Assembly: GCA_963782055.1 (NCBI GenBank)
Contig: CAWAIF010000003.1
Coordinates: 960,001 to 1,024,000, forward strand
Direction: 5' to 3'
Length of the DNA stretch: 64,000 nucleotides
Source of the DNA: an uncultured delta proteobacterium
Lineage (GTDB): Bacteria > Myxococcota_A > Polyangia > Polyangiales > Polyangiaceae
Part shown: in pieces, positions 1 through 11,754 of the stretch
Layout: each line of letters starts with the position of its first letter
Position numbering within the stretch: position 1 is the first letter of the stretch
The notes under the pieces: generated by a model
The model's input: the letters and a program-made list of their open reading frames with translations, nothing else
What the model was told of the DNA's origin: nothing
Database searches by the model: none
Program-made: the position numbers and the translations under genes

Positions 1-1973
1 GACGCCCTGGGCGTGGAGCACGGCGCCTTCCTTGTTGCACGCCGTCACGCCGTTGGTGTCGTGGACGACCTGCAGGAAGCGCAAGAAGGCGCTGCGGTTC
101 CACCCGGTGTCCGCCTTGGTGCGGTCCACCGGGGTCTTCATGTCGTTGTTGCTCGCCGTGTCGAAGTTGTACGGCTTGCCGTTGAGGTTCTTGCGGTCGT
201 AGCTGACGTGATCGCGAAACCCCATGTAGTTGGCGAAGATGCCGTTGAGCGGGAGGGCCTGGTCGGAGCCGAGGGAGCGCAGCACGTCCTCCAGCAGGCC
301 CGGCTCCTGCTCGACCTTGACGAGCACGTCGAGGATCTCGTCCCAGAAGGTGGACTTGGCGGGGAGCACCGCCTCCGGGTGCTTGTCGGCGACGTCCTTG
401 AAGGCGAGGCCCGCGCCGACGACCCGCGCCAGGTCGGCGGTGTGGTCCTTCATCAGCATGCTGGAGTACTGGAGGAGCGCGTCGGTCGGCGCGTCGCCGA
501 GGAGCTGGCCCACGGCGTAGACCAGGTCGAGCAGGGGGGAGGTCTCGGCGTGGAAGGCGTCGTAGGTGACGGTCACCTGGCCGGTGGTCGTGTCGCCGTA
601 GACCTTCTGCGTCATCGGCGCGCCGTCGCGCGGGCCGAGGATGACGACCATGCCGCCGAGCGCGTACATGAGCGTCTCGTGGGCGTCCTGCGGGTCGGGG
701 TCGAGCAACGGCTTCATGTTGCGCAGGGCCGACGCTGTGAAGGTGTGGCTGGTGTCGACGTAGTCGTATAGGAGCTTGTTGGCGTCCAGCGACCGACCGA
801 AGGTGTCGTAGGCCGTGGCGGGCGGGGCGTCGGCGGCGAAGAAGGGCGCCGGAGGGGCCTGGCCGTTGGTGGAGACGAAGCGGCCGAGGGCGTCGATGTC
901 GGGGAGGCCGTCGGCGTCCTGGTCGACGAAGGGCGCGGGCACCTTGCCGCCGACGAGCGGCACCGCGGCGAAGCCGCGCGAGTCGCGGCGCACGATGTAG
1001 CGGGAGGTGCCGCCGCCGAAGGTCGGGTCCTCCGCGAGCATCACGTCCTGCAGCGCCTCCAGCGTGGTGCGCGGCCTGGAGAGCACGCTGCGGCTGGCCA
1101 TCGCGTCGGGCGTGACGACGAGCGGCGTGGTCTTGGCGCTCGGCGTGGCGGTGCGCAGCTCCTGCTGGAGCACGGCGAGCGCCTGGTTGAACTGCGCGTT
1201 GGCGGAGCCGGGGGGGAGCTTGGGTCGTAGGCGTCGGAGTGATCGCTGAGGACGCGGAGCGTCGCGTTGGCGAGATCGCGCAGGTGGGGGTACGCCATCG
1301 CGGGGCGGGCCGCGCCGAGCGCCGTCGCCACCGGGCGGTAGCCGAGCCGCGCGCCGATGCGCGCGAACGCGGCCTGCGCGTCGGGGGAGGCCTGGATGGA
1401 GTCCATCAGCTCGCCGAGCGACTCGGTGGAGTGGGGGAGCGTCCCGTCGTCGTAGAGCGTCGCGAAGCGCGAGAGCATGTCGGCGAGGGCGTGCGGGAGC
1501 GAGTCCTCGCCGGAGGCCGCAGGGGCGTCGCAGCTCCTGGTGGGGTCGGGGTTGGACACGTCCTTCACCGGCACCTTCACGTCGGGCACGACGGCGTCGA
1601 TGGCGGCGATGAGATCCTGCCGGCGGCGGGTGAGGGCGCCGATGCGCGACAGCGCATACGCCCGGTCGGCCTGCTGCTTCTCGATCGGAACGGGGTTGCC
1701 CTGCTGGTCGACGGCGTCGGAGGTGGGGGGCGGAAGCAGCGATTCGTCGACGGTGTCGGCGTACTGGCCGTCCACCTTGTGGCAGACGGCGTGGAAGGAC
1801 GCGCCGGTCAGGTCCTCGCGCAGCACCTGTCCCGCCACGCGATCGCAGAAGATCCCGAAGACCTCCTCGCCCACCGACCCGCGCGCCGGGAGCTGGCGCG
1901 AGGTGTCGATGTCGGAGCAGGCTCCCATCACCAGCACCGACAAGCCAAAGAGCCCAAGCCGAACGAACCGCAT
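1..1973 (-). CDS. Large lipoprotein, hypothetical; frameshifted at ~1210-1216; runs off the left edge
   Basis: ATG at 1973 gives MRFVRLGLFGLSVLVMGACSD (lipobox-like). Protein-like frame to ...DAYDPSSP, then continues in another frame (GSANAQFNQALAVLQQELRTA...RYIVRRDSRGFAAVP...) if one C is added to the C7 run. Confidence 0.75.
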
Positions 1974-2165
1974 CGCAGGACAGTCTACGTGACCTGCGCC
2001 GTCCCAGACATGGTGCACCGACGCCCATGGATGACGCGATGCGTCAGCCGGGCTCGCCATGGCGGCCCGGTGGGGGCTCCTCCCTGCCGCGCCAAGCGCG
2101 GGATGGTTCGCCGTGCAGCGATCGCCGATCGGCCCCGTTCCAGCGGGAGTGGCCGCCACCGCACT

Positions 2166-2248
2166 GTTGGCGGGCGAACGATCGGAGGTTGGCGGGCGAA
2201 CCGTCGGAGGCCGGCCCGGTCCGATGGAGGGGCCCGGTCGGATGCAGG
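2166..2248. repeat. Two imperfect tandem repeat pairs (22 bp x2 and 18 bp x2) in a divergent intergenic region
   Basis: GTTGGCGGGCGAACGATCGGAG / GTTGGCGGGCGAACCGTCGGAG (2166-2209); GGCCCGGTCCGATGGAGG / GGCCCGGTCGGATGCAGG (2213-2248). Confidence 0.75.
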
Positions 2249-2308
2249 CCGGAGCGGCGGGCGCCCGATCGTTGGCACGCAGACGATCTGTGCTTGAATG
2301 CGCGGGCG

Positions 2309-3718
<1,410 letters not shown>

Positions 3719-3761
3719 GGAGTTTGCCGCGCCCGACCCGGCGCGATAAGCGTAGGACTCG

Positions 3762-5045
<1,284 letters not shown>

Positions 5046-5049
5046 AGGA

Positions 5050-5670
5050 GTGACCGAGGCCCTCACCCTGGCCGTGCCGAAGGGGCGCGTGCTCAAGGCG
5101 CTGGCGCCGCTGCTCGTGCGCGCGGGCGTCGACGCCGCGCCGCTGCTCGCCGACGATCGCACCCTCATCCGCACCGCGGGGGGCCTGCGCTTCCTGCTGC
5201 TCAAGGCGGACGACGTGCCCACGTACGTGGAGTACGGCGCCGCGGACCTGGGCGTGTGCGGGCGCGACGTGCTGCGCGAGCACGAGCCCGACGTGCTCAC
5301 CCCGCTGGACCTGCAGATCGGCCGGTGCACCATGATGGTGGCGGCGAAGCAGGGGCTCGGCCCGTGGCCCGACGTACCGCGCGTGGCCACCAAGTACCCG
5401 CGCACGGCGGCGGCCCACTTTGCCCGGCGGGGCGTGCAGGCGGAGATCATCGCGGTGTCCGGCTCCGTCGAGCTGGCGCCGCTGACCGGGCTGTCCGACT
5501 TCATCGTGGACCTCGTCGAGACGGGGGAGACGCTCCGCCAGAACGGGCTGGAGGTGGTGGAGGAGGTGGCGCGCGTCTCCAGCGTCCTCGCCGCCAACCG
5601 CGCCGCCCTCAAGCTGCGGCGCGCGGAGATCGTCCCGCTCATCGAGCGGCTGCGCGCCGCCGTCACCTGA
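5050..5670 (+). CDS. hisG: ATP phosphoribosyltransferase, short form (HisZ-dependent)
   Basis: AVPKGR, VATKYP, GSVELAPLTGLSDFIVDLVETGETLRQNGL; 206 aa, no regulatory C-terminal domain. Confidence 0.95.
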   Translation: MTEALTLAVPKGRVLKALAPLLVRAGVDAAPLLADDRTLIRTAGGLRFLLLKADDVPTYVEYGAADLGVCGRDVLREHEPDVLTPLDLQIGRCTMMVAAKQGLGPWPDVPRVATKYPRTAAAHFARRGVQAEIIAVSGSVELAPLTGLSDFIVDLVETGETLRQNGLEVVEEVARVSSVLAANRAALKLRRAEIVPLIERLRAAVT

Positions 5671-5726
5671 ACCAGCGTGCACGATTCGGCTACGCCGGAT
5701 GGTGCCTCGGGGAGGCTCATCCCCGC

Positions 5727-5749
5727 GCCGCCGAAGTGAACTCGGCGGC
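5727..5749. terminator. GC-rich hairpin between convergent hisG and comEA
   Basis: GCCGCCGA-agtgaac-TCGGCGGC, within an outer GGGGAG...CTCCCC pair. Confidence 0.5.
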
Positions 5750-5784
5750 TCTCCCCTTGGTTCGCGTTCGCGAATCGCGACCGC

Positions 5785-6297
5785 TCACCTGGTTGCAGTG
5801 ACCGGTACGCCGGCGTCCGCGCTGCCCAGGCGCACCAGCGGCCGCAGCTTGTGCAGTGTGCGGCGGCCGATGCCGCGTACGCGCAGCAGATCCTCGATCT
5901 GCCGGAAGTGACCGAGCCTCCGCCGCAGCGAGAGGATGGCGAGCGCGCGCTTCGGGCCGATGCCGGGGAGGCGGCGCAGGTCGTCCGTCGTGGCTTCGTT
6001 GAGGTAGACGGGATCGTCCGGTGTGGCGCGCGCGGAGTGCGAGCGCGGGGCGGCGGCGTCGGGACCGGCCGCCGGCTCCACGTCCGCCGGGGGGGCCGCG
6101 GCGAGCGCGGACGGCGCGGGGGGAAGCGGCTCGGGGACCGCCGCGGCCGCCGGGGGGACCTGCCCCCCGACGACCACGAAGCGGCCCACGACCGCCAGGA
6201 GAAGGAGGCCCGCGGCTGACAGCAGCACGCGTGACGCAGGCCTCCACCACCGCGAGACGACGAAGCGCCGCGCGGTGGCCCTGACCGTGGTGAGCAC
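5785..6297 (-). CDS. comEA: ComEA-family helix-hairpin-helix DNA-binding protein
   Basis: N-terminal hydrophobic segment, Pro/Ala linker, VYLNEATTDDLRRLPGIGPKRALAIL...FRQIEDLLRVRGIGRRTL. Start placed at GTG 6297 just after the upstream stop (uncertain). Confidence 0.88.
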   Translation of the reverse strand: MLTTVRATARRFVVSRWWRPASRVLLSAAGLLLLAVVGRFVVVGGQVPPAAAAVPEPLPPAPSALAAAPPADVEPAAGPDAAAPRSHSARATPDDPVYLNEATTDDLRRLPGIGPKRALAILSLRRRLGHFRQIEDLLRVRGIGRRTLHKLRPLVRLGSADAGVPVTATR

Positions 6298-6305
6298 GGC
6301 GACCC

Positions 6306-6575
6306 TCAGGCCTCCGCCGGCTGCTGCGGCAGACGAGGCGGACGCGCCTCCGCCGGCAGGCGGGGCGGGCGCACCGCCATCAGGTTGTTGGCGCCGCGGT
6401 TCTCGCCGGGCGGCTCCCACTCGCGAACCTGGAGCATCCCGTTGGTGGGGATGGCCTCCAGGCGCAGGTTGATGGACCCGTCCTGGTTGACGGAGCCGAA
6501 GCCCACCCGCGTCCAGTACGACTTGCCGTTGCGCTCCGTGACCGTGAACACCGTCTTCAGTTGCCGACCTTCCAT
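6306..6575 (-). CDS. Small hypothetical protein (89 aa), first gene of the comEA operon
   Basis: MEGRQLKTVFTVTERNGKSYWTRVGFGSVNQDGSINLRLEAIPTNGMLQVREWE...; GAGGAAG RBS upstream; beta-strand pattern. Confidence 0.85.
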   Translation of the reverse strand: MEGRQLKTVFTVTERNGKSYWTRVGFGSVNQDGSINLRLEAIPTNGMLQVREWEPPGENRGANNLMAVRPPRLPAEARPPRLPQQPAEA

Positions 6576-6636
6576 GACTTCCTCACTTGTTTGTCCGAGA
6601 GCGCCCGCCTCCCTGGCGGTGCGCGAGAGGGTGTAG

Positions 6637-6652
6637 AGCGAGACGCGTGCCA
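6637..6652 (-). promoter_or_regulatory. sigma54 -24/-12 promoter
   Basis: Minus strand TGGCACGCGTCTCGCT (GG-N10-GC). Confidence 0.8.
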
Positions 6653-6696
6653 CGCACGCCACGGCGGAAATCCGCGCCGAACGCGTGAGCGGCCCC

Positions 6697-6729
6697 TGTC
6701 CCCGGACAGATCGCGGGTGTCCCCGGACA
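6697..6729. promoter_or_regulatory. Paired palindromes, putative enhancer-binding-protein sites
   Basis: TGTCCCCGGACA at 6697-6708 and 6718-6729 (21-bp period). Confidence 0.75.
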
Positions 6730-6766
6730 CCCCGGCCGTCGTCCGGGCGCGGTCCCGATGAGCTCG

Positions 6767-7786
6767 CTAACGATCGCCCGGTTGCGCGCGTCGGCGCTCG
6801 GGGGGCTCGAGCAGGGTGAAGGCGAGCAGGCACGCCGTGGTGAAGCCGAGCGCGTTGGCGACGCCGTGCACCTCCACCATGCGGGTGATGGAGAAGAGCG
6901 GGTCGTCCGACGCGTCGCGCCCCGCCGACCCGGTGACGGCGAAGGTGGCGGCGAACGCCATGCTGACGACGAGGCTCAGCCCGGCGAGGGCGAAGAGCGC
7001 CGCGGCGGCGCGGCCGCGCCACCCGGGCCGCAAGGCGAGGGCGGCGCGCGTGGCGCGCAGGAAGAGGAGCGCCGCGAGCGCGAGCATGCCCGCCGCCAGC
7101 AGCAGCGCGCTGGTGGCCTCCGTGCCGTGGCTGGTGAGGATGCCGACGGCGGTGAGCGGCACGCCCGCGCACACCGCGACGGCGGCGACGCGGTACTCGA
7201 ACGAGGTGCGCTCCCCCGGCTCGTGGACGAGCCGCCCCACCAGCCCGCAGACCAGCGGCGCGCCGAAGCCGGCGTAGTGGAAGTGCGCCGCCGTCAGCAG
7301 GATGACGGGCTCCCGGAAGCCGAGGGGCGTCGCGCCGCCGCGCGAGAGCGCCAGCCACACCGCGCCCACGGGCAGGTAGAGGAGCCCGACGTCGATGCAG
7401 ACCTCGTCCGCGGTGAACAGCGCGCCCCGGCGCCATCGCCGCGCCGCGCGCGCCACCCCGAGCGCGCCGATGATCCCGCACGCGACGACCCACGCGCCCG
7501 CGAGCACGGCGGCAGCCGCCCCCGGCCGGTAGGTGTAGGATGCAATGACCGCGCACGCGCCGGGGAGCACCGCCATCGCCGCCGCGCGGTCCACGACGGG
7601 CCGCGGCTCTGCCGGCGCGCGCTGGATGACCAGCGCCAGCCCGAGCGGAACGATGGTGATCGCCGCGTAGGCGACCAGCACCTCCGCCGCCCACATGGGG
7701 AGGTACGGGGTGAGGGCGGCGGCGAGGAGCACCACGCCGGTCAGGGCAAGGCGCCTCAGGATGCGGGTCCACGGGTCCGGTGTCAC
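6767..7786 (-). CDS. YndJ-like integral membrane protein
   Basis: Multiple TM segments; YLPVGAVWL, ILLTAAHFHYAGF, MVEVHGVANALGF; start uncertain. Confidence 0.75.
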   Translation of the reverse strand: MTPDPWTRILRRLALTGVVLLAAALTPYLPMWAAEVLVAYAAITIVPLGLALVIQRAPAEPRPVVDRAAAMAVLPGACAVIASYTYRPGAAAAVLAGAWVVACGIIGALGVARAARRWRRGALFTADEVCIDVGLLYLPVGAVWLALSRGGATPLGFREPVILLTAAHFHYAGFGAPLVCGLVGRLVHEPGERTSFEYRVAAVAVCAGVPLTAVGILTSHGTEATSALLLAAGMLALAALLFLRATRAALALRPGWRGRAAAALFALAGLSLVVSMAFAATFAVTGSAGRDASDDPLFSITRMVEVHGVANALGFTTACLLAFTLLEPPERRRAQPGDR

Positions 7787-7813
7787 GGCGACTGGTGGTG
7801 TATCCTGCCGACC

Positions 7814-9349
7814 GTGGCCGCGGGCAAGGATCCGTTTCACCTGAGCGGGCAGGTGCTCGACGGACAGTTTCGCGTGGACTCCGTGGTGGGGGAGGGGGGA
7901 TTCTCGGCGGTCTACAAGGGGTTCCACCTCGGACTGGAGGAGCCCATCGCCATCAAGTGCCTCAAGCTCCCCACCACCGTGGGCGCGGCGATGATGGAGT
8001 CCTTCCTGCGGCGCTTCCGCGACGAGAGCAAGCTGCTCTACCGCCTCTCGCAGGGCAACCTCAACATCGTGCGGTCCATCGCGAGCGGCACCGTGGCGCA
8101 GGATGGTCAGGCCATCCCGTACATGGTGCTCGAGTGGCTGGAGGGCGTGTCGCTGGGCGAGGACTTCGACGAGCGGCGGGCGCGCGGCGCCGGTGCGCGG
8201 TCGCTGAGCGAGGTGATGGGGCTCTTCGAGCACGCGGCCGACGCGCTGGCGTACGCGCACGCGCAGGGGGTCATCCACCGGGACCTCAATCCGGGCAACC
8301 TCTTCCTCGCCCGCCGGCGCGAGGGCGGGGTGCGCATGAAGGTCCTGGACTTCGGCGTGGCGAAGGTGGTGAGCGACCACGCGCTGGAGCTCGGCCCGCG
8401 CGCGCCGACGCTCGGCCAGATCCGCATCTTCTCCCCCGGCTACGCGGCGCCGGAGCAGTTCGACGCCACCATCGCCCCCGCCTCACCCGCGACCGACGTC
8501 TACGCCTTCGCGCTCATCCTGACCGAGGCGCTGCTCGGCCGCCCGGTGGTGGAGGGGGTGACGCTCGGTGACTACTTCAAGCAGACCCTCACGCCGACCT
8601 TCGTGCGCACGCCGCGCGCGCTCGGCGCGGGAGTGGGGGAGGCGGTGGAGGCGGTGTTCGCGCGTGCGCTGTCGCTCGACCCGTCGGAGCGCCCCGCCGA
8701 CGTGGGGCGTCTCTGGGCGGAGCTGCAGCAGGCGGCGCGCGGACCGGGGGCGCGCGACCCGCACCCCACCGTGCGGCAGATCGTGCCGCCGTCGGCGGGG
8801 CCGGCGTCGCAGGAGGAGCCCATCCCCTCCACCGACCCGCAGCTCGGCGAGGCCAGCACCTTGCCCGCCGCCATCAAGGTCCCCGGCCCGCCGGCGCCGG
8901 CCCCCGCCGCGCCGGGCGGCACGTCGCTCGCCAACCTGAAGTCCACCGTGCGCATGGCGTCACCACCTCCGCCCGGGCCGTCGCGGTCCACAGCGCCGCT
9001 GCTCCAGGGCGCGGCGATGCCGCCGCCCGCGGGGACGCCGAGCTTCCAGTCGCAGTCCATCCGCGCGTACGGCGGGCCGGTCGAGCCGCTGTCGTCCGAC
9101 CAGGTGCCGGCGCCGCCCGCCGCGCCGTCGCCCGCGCCCGCGCAGCCCCCACCGCCCGCGGTCGCCGTGCCGCCGGCCGGCGCGACACGCGTCCCGACCG
9201 TCAAGATCGAGCGCGCCTCCCTCCCCGCGCCGGGGGAGGTCACCCCGCGCCGCACCAGCCTGCTCGTCCTCGGCCTCGCCGTCTTCTTCGGCGTCCTGCT
9301 GATCGGTGGCGCCATCCTGGCGCTCCTCGTCTGGCGGCAGCGCGCCTGA
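7814..9349 (+). CDS. Hanks-type Ser/Thr protein kinase with Pro-rich linker and C-terminal TM
   Basis: GEGGFSAVY, AIKCL, HRDLNPGN, DFG, YAAPEQ, TDVYA. Confidence 0.92.
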   Translation: MAAGKDPFHLSGQVLDGQFRVDSVVGEGGFSAVYKGFHLGLEEPIAIKCLKLPTTVGAAMMESFLRRFRDESKLLYRLSQGNLNIVRSIASGTVAQDGQAIPYMVLEWLEGVSLGEDFDERRARGAGARSLSEVMGLFEHAADALAYAHAQGVIHRDLNPGNLFLARRREGGVRMKVLDFGVAKVVSDHALELGPRAPTLGQIRIFSPGYAAPEQFDATIAPASPATDVYAFALILTEALLGRPVVEGVTLGDYFKQTLTPTFVRTPRALGAGVGEAVEAVFARALSLDPSERPADVGRLWAELQQAARGPGARDPHPTVRQIVPPSAGPASQEEPIPSTDPQLGEASTLPAAIKVPGPPAPAPAAPGGTSLANLKSTVRMASPPPPGPSRSTAPLLQGAAMPPPAGTPSFQSQSIRAYGGPVEPLSSDQVPAPPAAPSPAPAQPPPPAVAVPPAGATRVPTVKIERASLPAPGEVTPRRTSLLVLGLAVFFGVLLIGGAILALLVWRQRA

Positions 9350-9427
9350 TCTCAACGTCCGTGGAGCAGGCGTTCGCCCGGCGCGCAGCGGAGGGGCCCC
9401 GCGTGCAGCCCTCCCAGGCCAGTCCTC

Positions 9428-11677
9428 TCAGTCGGCGCCCGCGTCGGCCGGCGGCGCCGGACACGTGCTCAGACTCTGCACCCACTGCGTGAGCACGCCG
9501 ACGCCCGCGGTGTCCACCATGCTCGTGGCGAGCGGTGGCATGCGGTACGCGTCCAGCCGTGACGGCCGCTGCACCAGCAGCGACTTCGCCGGATCGCCGG
9601 GCGCGATGATCTTCGCCCCTGCGATCCCCAGATCCCCCGCGCTCGGGTCGACGCCGCACGCCATCGCCGAAGCGAGCGGGGTGCCGAAGCGGAAGTCCAT
9701 GCTCCCGCCGCCGCCCGCGTTGGGCCGGTGGCACATCGAGCAGTTGACGTGCAGGTACGCGCGGGCGCGCGCGTCGAGAGGCCCGGAGCCGAGCGGGTCG
9801 GGGTAGGCCACGAGCTGGTCCACCGGCGCCGGCAGCGGCGTCGAGAACATGCCGATGTGATCCAGCGTGGCCATCTGGTTGGAGAGGCGGTTGGTCTCCG
9901 GGTAGGTGAAGTCGTGATTGAGCTGCCCGATCTCCGGCCCCAGGCTCGTGTTGGCCGCCTGCGTGTGGCAGCGGAAGCACTCCGCGCGGCTGGGGAAGTA
10001 CCAGGTCTGCCCGCCGACATCCTTCGACTTGCTGGAGGGAAGGAGCGTCGCGTCCGTCTGCGCATCGTTCCACTCGTAGCTGTAGCCGCCCCACCCACCG
10101 TCGTCGTGGCGGACGAACAGGCGCGTCTCCACGCGCTTGCCGCCGACGTCGAACTCCTTCACCAGCACCGTGCCGATGGGGAAGTCGAAGTCGCCGTCGG
10201 GCAGCAGGGTGATCGTCTTGCCGTCGGGAAGCGCCATCCAGCGGTGCTTCTCCGCGCCGTCGCTCCACAGGCGGCTCGACGGCTCGTAGGGGATGAGTCC
10301 CGGCGCGGCCTTCGTCGGGTCGCCGGGGTCGACGCAGCCGGTCTTGGAGAGGGTGGCGGGGAAGGTGTCCGGCGGCGTCGGGCCGGAGGCCACGAGCTGG
10401 TAGACCGCCCCGTACAGGGAGACCGCGAAGACCTCGCCGTCCTGATCCTGCGCGAAGTCCACCCAGCCTCCGCCGCCGCCGTTGGGGACATCGGCGACGA
10501 CAGGCTTGCCCTGCGCGTCCACCGTCAGGCTCCACACCTTGCCGCTGCCGTTGTCGCCGAAGACGTAGGTGCCGACGAAGGAGGGGATGGCCTTGCCGCG
10601 GTAGACCACGCCGCCGATGACCGCGTTGCCCTGCGAGTGATCGTAGTTCCAGATGGGATCGATCAGCCCCGCGGTCGGGCAGTTGGTCGCGGGGCTGTAG
10701 CAGTGCTGCCCCTCGCGCACGTTCCAGCCGTAGTCGCCGCCGGCGCTCACGCCGAGGTCGATCTCCTCCCAGAGGTTCTGTCCGACGTCGCCCACCACGA
10801 CCTGGTCGGTCGCCATGTCCACGCTGAAGCGGAAGGGGTTGCGGAAGCCGTAGGCGAAGGTCGCCGGCTCGCCGCCGGCGCTGGCGAAGGGGTTGCCCGG
10901 CGGGATGCCGTAGGTCTTGCCCTGCGGGACGTTGTCCACGTCCAGCCGCAGGATCTTGGAGAAGAAGAGGTTGGTGTTCTGCCCGTGGCCGAGCGGGTCG
11001 CCGCCGGAGCCGCCGTCGCCGAAGGAGCAGTACAGGTAGCCGTCGCTGCCGAAGTTCAGGTCGCCGCCGTCGTGGTTGGTGTACGGCTGGTCGAAGGAGA
11101 GGAGCTCCTTGTAGCTGGCCGCGGGGAAGGTCTTGCCGCCGTCGGTGCTGGTCATCTCCGCGATGACCGAGCGCATGTTGGCGGCGGAGGTGCCGCTCGT
11201 GGTGGTGAAGGAGATGTAGACCTTGCCGTTCTGGGCGAACTTTGGGTGAAAGGCCATCCCGAGGAAGCCGCCCTCGCCGGCGGTCTGCAGCGGCTTGGGG
11301 ATGGTGAGGACCGTCGTCTTGGTGGCGTCCACAGGGTTCTGCGCGTCGAAGGAGACGGCGGTGCCGCTGCGCAGCGCCGCGAACCAGCGCGAGCCGTCCC
11401 CGGGGATCTGCGTGAGCAGCATCGGCGTGTTGAGGGTCAGCCCGGGAAAGACCTTCTTCAGCTCCACCGCCGAGGGCGCCTGCGGCCGCGCCGGCGCGAG
11501 GCACGTCGTGTTGGAAGGCCGCGCGTCGAGCCCGAACGGCGCGGGCGTGGGACCGGTCTCCACCGCCGCGTCCGGCCCGCCGCTCGTGCTGTCGTCGCCG
11601 CCGCACCCGCCCGCCGCCGCCGCAGCCAGAAGGCAGACGGCGGCGCATGCCCCCACGAAGCCACACTTCCACCGCAT
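9428..11677 (-). CDS. Lipoprotein: PQQ-dependent sugar dehydrogenase (glucose/sorbosone type) fused to a diheme c-type cytochrome domain
   Basis: GEGGFLGMAFHP, NHDGGDLNFGSDGYLY, GFRNPFRFS, DVGQNLWEE; LWSDGAEK, FPIGTVLVKEF, CFRCH and CSMCH. Confidence 0.88.
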   Translation of the reverse strand: MRWKCGFVGACAAVCLLAAAAAGGCGGDDSTSGGPDAAVETGPTPAPFGLDARPSNTTCLAPARPQAPSAVELKKVFPGLTLNTPMLLTQIPGDGSRWFAALRSGTAVSFDAQNPVDATKTTVLTIPKPLQTAGEGGFLGMAFHPKFAQNGKVYISFTTTSGTSAANMRSVIAEMTSTDGGKTFPAASYKELLSFDQPYTNHDGGDLNFGSDGYLYCSFGDGGSGGDPLGHGQNTNLFFSKILRLDVDNVPQGKTYGIPPGNPFASAGGEPATFAYGFRNPFRFSVDMATDQVVVGDVGQNLWEEIDLGVSAGGDYGWNVREGQHCYSPATNCPTAGLIDPIWNYDHSQGNAVIGGVVYRGKAIPSFVGTYVFGDNGSGKVWSLTVDAQGKPVVADVPNGGGGGWVDFAQDQDGEVFAVSLYGAVYQLVASGPTPPDTFPATLSKTGCVDPGDPTKAAPGLIPYEPSSRLWSDGAEKHRWMALPDGKTITLLPDGDFDFPIGTVLVKEFDVGGKRVETRLFVRHDDGGWGGYSYEWNDAQTDATLLPSSKSKDVGGQTWYFPSRAECFRCHTQAANTSLGPEIGQLNHDFTYPETNRLSNQMATLDHIGMFSTPLPAPVDQLVAYPDPLGSGPLDARARAYLHVNCSMCHRPNAGGGGSMDFRFGTPLASAMACGVDPSAGDLGIAGAKIIAPGDPAKSLLVQRPSRLDAYRMPPLATSMVDTAGVGVLTQWVQSLSTCPAPPADAGAD

Positions 11678-11754
11678 GCCGTCAGCGTATCACGCACCAC
11701 GGCCGAGCCAGGAGCGTTACAGACGCGCTCATCCGGGCTTGATACCCTGGAGGC

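Noticed and set aside
2272..2290. TTGGCACGC upstream of glmU as a sigma54 promoter
   Set aside because: No GC at the -12 position
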